Below, piece by piece: positions 43,019 to 50,840 of a stretch of 64,000 nt of DNA. Under the pieces are notes generated by a model that saw only the letters and a program-made list of their open reading frames with translations, did not search any database and was not told the origin of the DNA. This DNA comes from an uncultured Acidimicrobiaceae bacterium (lineage in GTDB: Bacteria; Actinomycetota; Acidimicrobiia; Acidimicrobiales; CAYSAC01), in the NCBI GenBank assembly GCA_964428815.1, contig CAYSAC010000001.1, forward strand, positions 25,349 through 89,348, written 5' to 3'. The translations under genes and the position numbers were made by a program. Every line of letters begins with the position of its first letter. Within the stretch, counting starts at the first letter, position 1.

Positions 43019-44263
43019 ATGACTGACAAGGACTTCGTCGTTTCGGGCGACGGGCATCTACTCGAGCCCACGGACCTGTTCAAGACGCGCCTTCCGAAAC
43101 ACCTGCGGGACCGGGCCGTCTGGGAAGAAGACTTCGAGATCGAGCCGCTGGAGAAGGGCGGTGCCCGGATCTTCCGCCAGCTGCACTCCCCTGGGTTCGA
43201 AGGTTGGACGGTCTCCCGCTACCGCCAGACCCGCGGGCGGATGCCGGAGGGTGACCCCGAGATGATCCTCGAGGACATGGACCTCGACGGAGTCGACGCC
43301 CAGGTGCTGCACCCGAACCTGTCGCTCTTCGGGCTCTACTCCGACGACCACGAGCTTTCGATGGCCCATGCCCGGGTGTACACCGACTACGTCATCGAGC
43401 GGTTCTCGCCGTACTTCTCTCGGCTGGCCCCGACCGCTCCCATACCGATCACCGACATCGACGACGCCGTCGTCGAGATCGAGCGGGTCGCGGCCGCCGG
43501 GTTCCGCGCCGCCCTCCTGCCGGCGACGCCGCCGAAGCCGTACTACTCACGGCACTTCGACCCGGTGTGGGCGGCGCTCCAGGCCACTGGCCTGCAGCCG
43601 TTCTTCCACACGCAGACCGGCGGTGTGAAGGTCAACGACCCGGAATCCACGACGCTCAAGGTCGTCATGGAATCGGCCAGACAGGTCAACCAGCCGATGA
43701 CCGAGGCGGCGGCATCGAAGAGGATGATCACCCAGTCCGTCTACGCCGGGCTCGTCCCCGGGAAGCTCATGTGCGAGCTCATCGGTGGCGGAGTGCCTGA
43801 GCGCTACCCGGCCCTCCACTTCTCCCTCATCGAGTTCAACGCCCATTGGTTGGCGTCGGTGGTCGGCGGCATGGACAAGTGCTGGATCACCGGGATCGGC
43901 CAGGACCCCGACTGGTGGATCGGGAACTGGGACCACACCCGCCCCGCCAACGACCAGCCCGACATGGCGCAGCTGTTCCGCCTGAACGAGAAGTGGCCGT
44001 ACCCGCTGACGCCGAGCGAATACGTCCAGCGCCAGTTCCACGTCCAGTTCCAGGACGATCCGGTCGCCGTCGCCTGCCGGCACCTCACCGGGGTGTCGAC
44101 GATCGTGTGGGGCAACGACTACCCGCATGCCGAAGGGACGTTCCGCGGCAGCCGGGAGCTGCTGGCGAAGCAGTTCGCCGATGTTCCCGCGGACGAGCGC
44201 GCCGCCATCGTCGGCGGCACCCTCGGTCGGCTGCTCGGTTTCAAGGCCCCGGTGGCCGCCTGA
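43019..44263 (+). CDS. Amidohydrolase_2-family protein
   Basis: VVSGDGHLLEP N-terminal motif, VWGNDYPHAEGTF C-terminal motif. SD GGGGAGG upstream. Confidence 0.85.
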   Translation: MTDKDFVVSGDGHLLEPTDLFKTRLPKHLRDRAVWEEDFEIEPLEKGGARIFRQLHSPGFEGWTVSRYRQTRGRMPEGDPEMILEDMDLDGVDAQVLHPNLSLFGLYSDDHELSMAHARVYTDYVIERFSPYFSRLAPTAPIPITDIDDAVVEIERVAAAGFRAALLPATPPKPYYSRHFDPVWAALQATGLQPFFHTQTGGVKVNDPESTTLKVVMESARQVNQPMTEAAASKRMITQSVYAGLVPGKLMCELIGGGVPERYPALHFSLIEFNAHWLASVVGGMDKCWITGIGQDPDWWIGNWDHTRPANDQPDMAQLFRLNEKWPYPLTPSEYVQRQFHVQFQDDPVAVACRHLTGVSTIVWGNDYPHAEGTFRGSRELLAKQFADVPADERAAIVGGTLGRLLGFKAPVAA

Positions 44264-45168
44264 GCGAGCAGCTCCGCTTCGACGGGCGCGTCGCGGTCGT
44301 CACCGGCTCGGGCCGCGGCATCGGACGCGCCTACGCGCACCTGCTCGCGGAGCGGGGCGCCAGCGTCGTGGTCAACGACCTCGGCGGCTCGATGGCAGGC
44401 GACGGCGCCGACGCCCGGCCGGCATCCACCGTCGTCGATGAGATCGTCGCAGCCGGTGGCGCCGCGCTGGCGGACACCGGCGACGTGGCCACCGACGCCG
44501 GCGCCCAGGCGCTCATCGACGCGGCCGTCGAGCGGTTCGGACGCCTGGACATCCTGATCAACAACGCCGGGATCATGCGGTGGGCGGGCTTCCCCGAGGC
44601 CGACGCGGATGACCTCGCTCGTCACCTCGCCGTGCACGTGACCGGCTCTTTCAACACCACCCGCGCCGCGTGGCCGCACATGGTCGAGCAGGGCTACGGC
44701 CGCGTCGTGATGACGACGTCATCGGGGATCTTCGGGCTGCCCAAGAACCTCTCGTACGCGACTGCGAAGGGCGGCGTCGTGGGGATGGCCCGCAGCCTCG
44801 CGACCGCCGGCGTCGCTCACGGCATCAAGGTCAACCTCATCGCACCGGCAGCAACCACGCGCATGGCAGGCAGCGCCGCCCCGGCGGAGATGACGCCAGA
44901 GCTCGTCGCTCCGATGGTCGCGTTCCTCGCCCACGAGAGCAGCCCAGTCAGCGGCGAGATCTACGCCGCCGGCGCTGGACGGTTCGCGCGCATCTTCATC
45001 GCATCGACGCCGGGCTATCTCCACGCGACTCCAGATGCGACGATCGAGGACGTGGCACAGAACTGGGCGGCGATCAACGACGAGACCGGGTACGACATCC
45101 CGACCGACCTCATGGCCTGGTCCGCTGCGTTCATCGCCCACCTGCGCGTGGGAGCCGGTGAGCAATGA
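44260..45168 (+). CDS. SDR (MFE-2/Hsd4-type N-terminal dehydrogenase-like); start codon non-canonical or unresolved
   Basis: LRFDGRVAVVTGSGRGIGRAYA...NNAG...YATAKGG. There is no in-frame ATG/GTG/TTG between the Rossmann motif and far upstream. The only candidate is CTG at 44260-44262, overlapping the upstream TGA (CTGA). Confidence 0.7.
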   Translation: MSEQLRFDGRVAVVTGSGRGIGRAYAHLLAERGASVVVNDLGGSMAGDGADARPASTVVDEIVAAGGAALADTGDVATDAGAQALIDAAVERFGRLDILINNAGIMRWAGFPEADADDLARHLAVHVTGSFNTTRAAWPHMVEQGYGRVVMTTSSGIFGLPKNLSYATAKGGVVGMARSLATAGVAHGIKVNLIAPAATTRMAGSAAPAEMTPELVAPMVAFLAHESSPVSGEIYAAGAGRFARIFIASTPGYLHATPDATIEDVAQNWAAINDETGYDIPTDLMAWSAAFIAHLRVGAGEQ

Positions 45169-45944
45169 GCAGTCCGATCGAGATCCCCGAATCCTTCCCC
45201 GGCCCCGGCGCGGTCGCGGGCAAGCGCGTGGTGATCGCCGGCGCCGGTCGGGGCCTCGGTGCCCTGCTCGCCCATGCGTTCTCGCACGCCGGCGCATCCG
45301 TCGCGCTCGTCGCGCGCACCGAGAGCGACCTGAAGGCCGTGGCCGAGGCCCTCCCCGGACCGTCCATGGTGCTCAGTGGCGACGTGACCGACGAGGACTT
45401 CAACGAAGGGGTGGCCGACGCCACCGTGACCGAATGGGGCGGCGTCGACGTGTGGATCTGCAACGCGGGGATCTCGCCGATCGTGGCCGGCCCGCGCGAG
45501 ACCGACGCCTCGGTCTGGCGGCAGGTGTTGGAGGTGAACCTCACCGGCGCGTTCCTCGGGGCTCGCGCCGCGGCCCGAGTGATGCGCGAGGGAGGACGGC
45601 TGATCTTCACGGGCTCGGTGCTCGGAGAGCGACCGCGCAAGGGGCTGACCGCGTACAGCGCCTCGAAGGCCGGGTTGGTCGGCATGGCGAAGGGCCTCGC
45701 CCTGGATCTGGCCGCCGCCGGCATCACGGTGAACGTCGTCGCTCCCGGGTGGTTCGATTCGCCGCTGGCGGACGGGTGGAAGAACAACCCCGAGACCTCG
45801 GACGCGATCACCGGCCACACCGCGCAGCAGCGCTGGGGAGCACCGACCGACCTGGCGGGCGCGTACACGTTCTTGGCCTCCGACGCGTCCGCGTTCATCA
45901 CCGGCACCGTGCTCAGCGTCGACGGCGGATACCTGCTCGTATGA
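45165..45944 (+). CDS. SDR
   Basis: ATGA overlap. VVIAGAGRGLG, CNAG, YSASKAG. Confidence 0.9.
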   Translation: MSSPIEIPESFPGPGAVAGKRVVIAGAGRGLGALLAHAFSHAGASVALVARTESDLKAVAEALPGPSMVLSGDVTDEDFNEGVADATVTEWGGVDVWICNAGISPIVAGPRETDASVWRQVLEVNLTGAFLGARAAARVMREGGRLIFTGSVLGERPRKGLTAYSASKAGLVGMAKGLALDLAAAGITVNVVAPGWFDSPLADGWKNNPETSDAITGHTAQQRWGAPTDLAGAYTFLASDASAFITGTVLSVDGGYLLV

Positions 45945-46687
45945 CGGCGCCGCGACGGGTCGTCGTCATCACCGGAGCGGGAGGCGCGCTCGGCGCGGCG
46001 CTCTCGCATCAGCTCGCGAGCGAGCCCACCACCGATCTCGTGCTGAGCGATGTCAGCGCACCGTCGCTCGAGGCGACCGTCGCCGGCCTCCCTGCCGCTG
46101 GCGGGTCGGTCGAGACGCTGCTCGCTGACGTGAGCGACTTCGCCCAGGTCTCCTCCGTCGTCGCGTTGGCGGTCGAGCGGTTCGGCCGCCTCGACGTGCT
46201 GATCAGCAACGCCGGCGTGCTCTCGCCGAACGGCCGGATCCACAACCTCTCGACGGAGGACTGGGAGCGCGCGTTCCGTATCAACGTTCTCGGCGCCGTC
46301 AACGGCATCCGTGCCGCGGTGGCCGTCATGCGCCCGCAAGGGTCGGGCTCGATCGTGCTGACGGCGTCGGTGTCCGGCCTGACCGCGTGGTCGCATGCGG
46401 CGCCGTACTGCGCGACGAAGGCCGCAGTGATCCAGCTCGCGAAGGTCGCTGCGGTGGAGTACGCCCGCGATGGGATCCGCGTCAACTGCGTGTGCCCCGG
46501 GACGTTCCGGTCCGCGATCCATGCCGATCTCCCGCCAGAGGCGCTGGAGCCCATCGCCGCGCGCCATCCGCTCGGGCTCGGATCGGCTGCCGACCTCGTG
46601 GGTGCGTACTCCTACCTCGCGAGCGACGCATCGCGCTGGACGACCGGGTCGGCGATCGTCGTCGACGGGGGCTACTCAGCTCCCTGA
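45941..46687 (+). CDS. SDR
   Basis: ATGA overlap. VVVITGAGGALG, SNAG, YCATKAA. Confidence 0.9.
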   Translation: MTAPRRVVVITGAGGALGAALSHQLASEPTTDLVLSDVSAPSLEATVAGLPAAGGSVETLLADVSDFAQVSSVVALAVERFGRLDVLISNAGVLSPNGRIHNLSTEDWERAFRINVLGAVNGIRAAVAVMRPQGSGSIVLTASVSGLTAWSHAAPYCATKAAVIQLAKVAAVEYARDGIRVNCVCPGTFRSAIHADLPPEALEPIAARHPLGLGSAADLVGAYSYLASDASRWTTGSAIVVDGGYSAP

Positions 46688-47277
46688 GCGATCCCCCGCA
46701 TGAAGATGTCGGCGAACGGCTTCGCCACATCGCGCGCCGTCAGCGGTCCGCCCGTCTTCAGCCACAGGTACGTGTAGTTGTGCATGCCGAGCCACGCCAG
46801 GGCGGTCAGCCTCGGATCGATCTCACGGAACTCGCCCGAGTCGACGCCGGCCTGAAAGACCGCCTCGACCCGCCGCTCGTACTCGCGGCGCCGCTGCCGG
46901 AACTGCTCGGCGCGCTCGCCGGTGAGCGCCGGGAACTCGTGCAGGAAGACCCAGACGTGATCCGGGTAGCGGTGGATCACGTCGAGCAGCTCATCACCGA
47001 GCATGGCCAGCTGCTGCGACGGTGAGCCGCCCGCTTCGGCGACGCGATCAGCGCCGAGCATCACCTCGTCCATCACTCGGTCGTGGATCGCGGCGAGCAG
47101 CTCCTCCTTGGAGCGGATGTAGTGGTAGAGCGCGCCCTTGCCGAGCTCGTTCGCGGCACAGAGCGCCATGATCCCCGTGGCGTGGTACCCCTGCCGGGCG
47201 AAGACGCTCGCGGACGTGTCGATGATCGCTTCGCGACGTGCCTGCCAGTTCGGCCTGCGTCGAGAATCGTCGGTCAT
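46672..47277 (-). CDS. TetR-family transcriptional regulator
   Basis: N-terminal HTH AIIDTSASVFARQGYHATGIMALCAANELGKGALYHYIRSKEEL. ATGA overlap with the acyl-CoA synthetase stop. 16-nt convergent overlap with the SDR at 45941..46687. Confidence 0.9.
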   Translation of the reverse strand: MTDDSRRRPNWQARREAIIDTSASVFARQGYHATGIMALCAANELGKGALYHYIRSKEELLAAIHDRVMDEVMLGADRVAEAGGSPSQQLAMLGDELLDVIHRYPDHVWVFLHEFPALTGERAEQFRQRRREYERRVEAVFQAGVDSGEFREIDPRLTALAWLGMHNYTYLWLKTGGPLTARDVAKPFADIFMRGIAQGAE

Positions 47278-48815
47278 GCGTGGTCCCTGAGCTCGCGCTT
47301 CAGGACCTTGCCTGACGGGTTCCGCGGCAGCGCGTCGATGAACACGATCTCCTTCGGCACCTTGAATCGCGCCAGCTGGCCACGGCAGTGCTCGATGAGC
47401 TCGTCAGCGGTCGCGGTCGCCTCAGGCCGCAACGCGACGAAGGCGACGGGAACCTCACCCCATCGATCGTCGCGACGTCCGACCACGGCGGCCTCGAGCA
47501 CCTCGCCGTGCTCGTAGAGGACGCGCTCGACCTCCGAGCCCGCGATGTTCTCCCCGCCCGACAGGATCATGTCCTTCAGCCGATCGACGATGTAGAGGTA
47601 GCCGTCGTCGTCCCGCACACCGATGTCGCCCGTGTGAAACCAGCCGCCGGTGAACGCCTTGGCGGTCGCGTCGGGGTCACGCCAGTACCCCTTGAACACC
47701 TTCGGGCCGCGCAGCACGATCTCGCCGCGCTCCCCCGCCGGCACCGACGCGCCGTCCTCGTCCCAGATGTCGACCTCCAGGTAGAGGCACGGCCGGCCGA
47801 CGCTGCCGAGCTTGGTCACGGTGCTGCCCTTGTCGAGGAAGGTGTCACCGGACACCGTCTCCGTCAGCCCGTAGGCGTCAGCGAACCATGCCGACGGGAA
47901 GGTCCGCTGCAGCCGCTCGATGAGCGGGATCGGCATCTTCTCCCCGCCGCCGATCACCAGGCGCACGGACGACAGGTCGCGCTGGTCGATGTCGGGCAAC
48001 GACATGATCCCGTTCACCATTGCGGGCGCCAGCCACACCGTTGTCACGCGCGACTGCTCGAGCTCGTCCACCACGGCGGCCGCGTCGAACGCGCGGTGGA
48101 GGATCGTCGTGCCGCCTGCCGCGATGAGCGTGGTGGTCGTCAGGTCGAGCGCGCCGACGTGGTACAGCGGCCCGCACGCGAGGCCGAGGTCGGCGCCCGT
48201 GATCCCGAACTCGACGATGTGCGCCAGGTTCTTCCAGACCAGGTTGGCGTGGGTGATCATCACGCCCTTCGGGCGTCCGGTGGTGCCCGACGTGTACATC
48301 AGCCGATGGAGGTCGTCGCCGGCGGCCGGCGCTGGCGGCGAGATGTCCGTTGCCTCGCGAAGCTGTGCGAGCGGGGTCCATCCGCTGGGTGCCGCCGCCG
48401 CGATGCAGGCGCGCTCCAGCGTTGCCTCGATGCCCTTCGTCGCGTCGTTGGCGAGCTCGACGAGCGACTCGTCGGAGACGAGCGCGCGCGCCCCTGAGTG
48501 CTCGAGGATGTAGCGGACCTCGGGTGCGGCGAGCCGCCAGTTGATCGGCATCGCAATCGCGCCGAGGTGGTTGGCCGCGAAGATCGTCTCCAGGAACTCC
48601 GAGCAGTTGTAGGAGAGCAGGCCCACGACGTCGCCGGCGCCGACGCCCGCTGCCTGCAGTCCGGCCGCCAGCGCGGCGGATCGAGCGGCCATCTCCGCAT
48701 AGGTCACGACGTCGTCACCGAAGATGCACAGCGGCTTGGTCGGCGTGCGGCTCGCGTGATGGGCGAGGACACTGCACCAGCTCATGTCGGCCTGCATCGG
48801 CTGCACCTGCGCCAC
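47274..48815 (-). CDS. Acyl-CoA synthetase / AMP-dependent ligase
   Basis: YTSGTTGRPKGV, GYGLTE-like (DAYGLTET), TGDIG, PRNPSGKVLK. GTG start at 48813-48815, 8 nt after GGAGG. ATGs at 48797 and 48785 are alternatives. Confidence 0.85.
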   Translation of the reverse strand: MAQVQPMQADMSWCSVLAHHASRTPTKPLCIFGDDVVTYAEMAARSAALAAGLQAAGVGAGDVVGLLSYNCSEFLETIFAANHLGAIAMPINWRLAAPEVRYILEHSGARALVSDESLVELANDATKGIEATLERACIAAAAPSGWTPLAQLREATDISPPAPAAGDDLHRLMYTSGTTGRPKGVMITHANLVWKNLAHIVEFGITGADLGLACGPLYHVGALDLTTTTLIAAGGTTILHRAFDAAAVVDELEQSRVTTVWLAPAMVNGIMSLPDIDQRDLSSVRLVIGGGEKMPIPLIERLQRTFPSAWFADAYGLTETVSGDTFLDKGSTVTKLGSVGRPCLYLEVDIWDEDGASVPAGERGEIVLRGPKVFKGYWRDPDATAKAFTGGWFHTGDIGVRDDDGYLYIVDRLKDMILSGGENIAGSEVERVLYEHGEVLEAAVVGRRDDRWGEVPVAFVALRPEATATADELIEHCRGQLARFKVPKEIVFIDALPRNPSGKVLKRELRDHA

Positions 48816-48832
48816 GAAGGCAACCTCCAGTG

Positions 48833-48846
48833 TTGTACCGGTCAGT
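48833..48846 (+). promoter_or_regulatory. Box C of the conserved 14-nt motif (TTGTACCGGTCAGT)
   Basis: Lies in the 45-nt divergent gap: 14 nt before the E1 GTG (48861) and 17 nt from the acyl-CoA synthetase GTG (48815). Followed by TACACT. Confidence 0.5.
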
Positions 48847-48860
48847 ACACTACAGACCTC

Positions 48861-50840
48861 GTGGCTGGTGCTCCCTCGTTCTCCAACGCCGATCTCCTCG
48901 AGATGCATCGCCGGATGCTCGTGATCCGCGGGTTCGAGGAGCGAGTGTCCGCGCTCTACCGCGACGGTGAGGTACCCGGCTTCGTGCACCTGTCGATCGG
49001 GCAGGAGGCGTCGGCCGTCGGCGCGTGCTGGCCACTCGCCCCGACGGACGTGATCACGTCCACCCATCGCGGCCATGGCCACTGCCTCGCGAAGGGTCTG
49101 GACCCGCTCGGGATGTTCGCCGAGCTGATGGCCAAGGACGCTGGCACGAACCGCGGGCGCGGGGGCTCGATGCACATCGCCGATCCGACGATCGGGATCT
49201 TCGGCGCCAACGGGATCGTCGCTGCCGGCCTGCCGATCGCGGCGGGTGCGGCGACAGCGGCGCAGCTGCGACGCGACGGCAGCGTCGCGGTGGCGTTCTT
49301 CGGCGACGGTGCGGTTGCCCACGGCACCTTCCACGAAGCGGTCAACCTCGCTGCCGTCTGGCGGCTGCCGGTGATCTTCTTCTGCGAGAACAACGGCTAC
49401 GCCGAGTTCTCGCCCGCATCGGCCCAGCACGCGGCGCCACTCGAGCTGCGCGCCGCCGGCTACGGCGTCGACTACGTCGCGGTGGACGGCAACGACGTCG
49501 AGGCGACCGCAGTCGCCATGCAGTCGGCCATCGAGGCGACCCGCGCCGGACGGGGTCCCGTCGTCATCGAGGCAGCCACCTACCGCTGGCACGGTCACTA
49601 CGAAGGCGACCCGCAGCGCTACCGATCGCCCGACGAGGTGCGGGAGTGGGAAGCACGCGACCCGCTGCTCGTCAATGCCCGCCGGCTGCGATTGGCGGGC
49701 ATCACGGACGACGCGCTCGAATCCATGGAGTCATCAGTCGCGCACGAGCTCGACGAGGCCGTCGAGACAGCTCGGCGGTTGACGGCTCCGGCGGCCGCCA
49801 CGCTGACCGACTTCGTCGCCCGCCCGAGACCCGAACCCGCCGAGCCGCCGGCACCGGCCGCCGACGCTCCAGTGTTCCGCACCATGGACGCGATCCGCGC
49901 CGCGCTCGAAGCTGAGCTCGCCGGCGACGAGCGCGTGTTCATCGCGGGAATCGACGTCGCGGCCGGAGGCAATGTGTTCGGCCTGATGCGCGGCCTGCAC
50001 GACCGCTTCGGCGATCGCGTCCGCGACACCCCCATCTCCGAGAGCGCGATCATCGGCCTCGGCGTCGGCGCGGCGATGGCGGGCATGCGCCCGGTGGTCG
50101 AGCTGATGTACCTCGACTTCGTCGGCGTCTGCCTCGACCAGCTGCTCAACCAAGCAGCGAAGCTGCCGTTCATGACCGGCGGCGCGGCGCAGATGGCGCT
50201 GACCGTGCGCACGCAGTTCGGCGCCGGCCGCTCGTCGGGAAGCCAGCACTCGCAGAGCCTCGAGGCGCTGCTCGCGCACATCCCCGGGCTCACCGTGGTC
50301 ATGCCGTCGACCCCGGCCGACACCTACGGCTTGCTGCGCGCCGCGATCCAGGACCCGAACCCGGTCGTCTTCATCGAGAACCGGCTGCTCTACGGCATGA
50401 AGGGGCCGCAGCCGCCTGACGACCACATCGTCCCGATCGGAACGTCCGCCGTCGTGCGTCCGGGAGCCGATGTCACGGTCGTGTCGGTCTCACGGATGGT
50501 GCACGAGGCGGTCGCCGCCGCCGAGCGCCTGGCCGGCGAAGGCGTCTCGGTCGAGGTCATCGACCTGCGCACCGTCGCCCCGCTCGACATGGCCCCGATC
50601 CTCGACTCGGTGCACAAGACCGGCCGGCTGCTCATCGCCCACGAAGCCGTCATCCCCTTCGGCATCGGCGCCGAGATCGCTGCCACCGTCGCCCGTGAGG
50701 CGTTCTGGGACCTCGACGCGCCGATCCAGCGCGTCGGCGCGGCGGCGACTCCCCCGCCGTACGCGCCCGATCTCGAACGTGCGTGGCTACCCGATCGCGA
50801 CGACATCGCCGCGGCGATCCGGCACCTCGCTGCGGTCTAG
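48861..50840 (+). CDS. Fused ThDP-dependent 2-oxoacid/acetoin dehydrogenase E1 component (alpha and beta in one chain)
   Basis: Alpha part: GFVHLSIGQEA, GGSMH, FFGDGA..G.FHE, ENNGYA. A Pro/Ala linker RPRPEPAEPPAPAADAP follows. Beta part: DTPISESAIIGLGVGAAMAGMRPVVE...VVMPSTPADTYGLL. GTG start at 48861 is inferred. Confidence 0.85.
   Translation: MAGAPSFSNADLLEMHRRMLVIRGFEERVSALYRDGEVPGFVHLSIGQEASAVGACWPLAPTDVITSTHRGHGHCLAKGLDPLGMFAELMAKDAGTNRGRGGSMHIADPTIGIFGANGIVAAGLPIAAGAATAAQLRRDGSVAVAFFGDGAVAHGTFHEAVNLAAVWRLPVIFFCENNGYAEFSPASAQHAAPLELRAAGYGVDYVAVDGNDVEATAVAMQSAIEATRAGRGPVVIEAATYRWHGHYEGDPQRYRSPDEVREWEARDPLLVNARRLRLAGITDDALESMESSVAHELDEAVETARRLTAPAAATLTDFVARPRPEPAEPPAPAADAPVFRTMDAIRAALEAELAGDERVFIAGIDVAAGGNVFGLMRGLHDRFGDRVRDTPISESAIIGLGVGAAMAGMRPVVELMYLDFVGVCLDQLLNQAAKLPFMTGGAAQMALTVRTQFGAGRSSGSQHSQSLEALLAHIPGLTVVMPSTPADTYGLLRAAIQDPNPVVFIENRLLYGMKGPQPPDDHIVPIGTSAVVRPGADVTVVSVSRMVHEAVAAAERLAGEGVSVEVIDLRTVAPLDMAPILDSVHKTGRLLIAHEAVIPFGIGAEIAATVAREAFWDLDAPIQRVGAAATPPPYAPDLERAWLPDRDDIAAAIRHLAAV

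Noticed and set aside
48498-48860. The first 121 codons of track ORF 48498..50840 as part of the fused E1 protein.
   Set aside because: This stretch is antisense to the acyl-CoA synthetase gene and has off-frame composition. E1-alpha homology begins right after the GTG at 48861.
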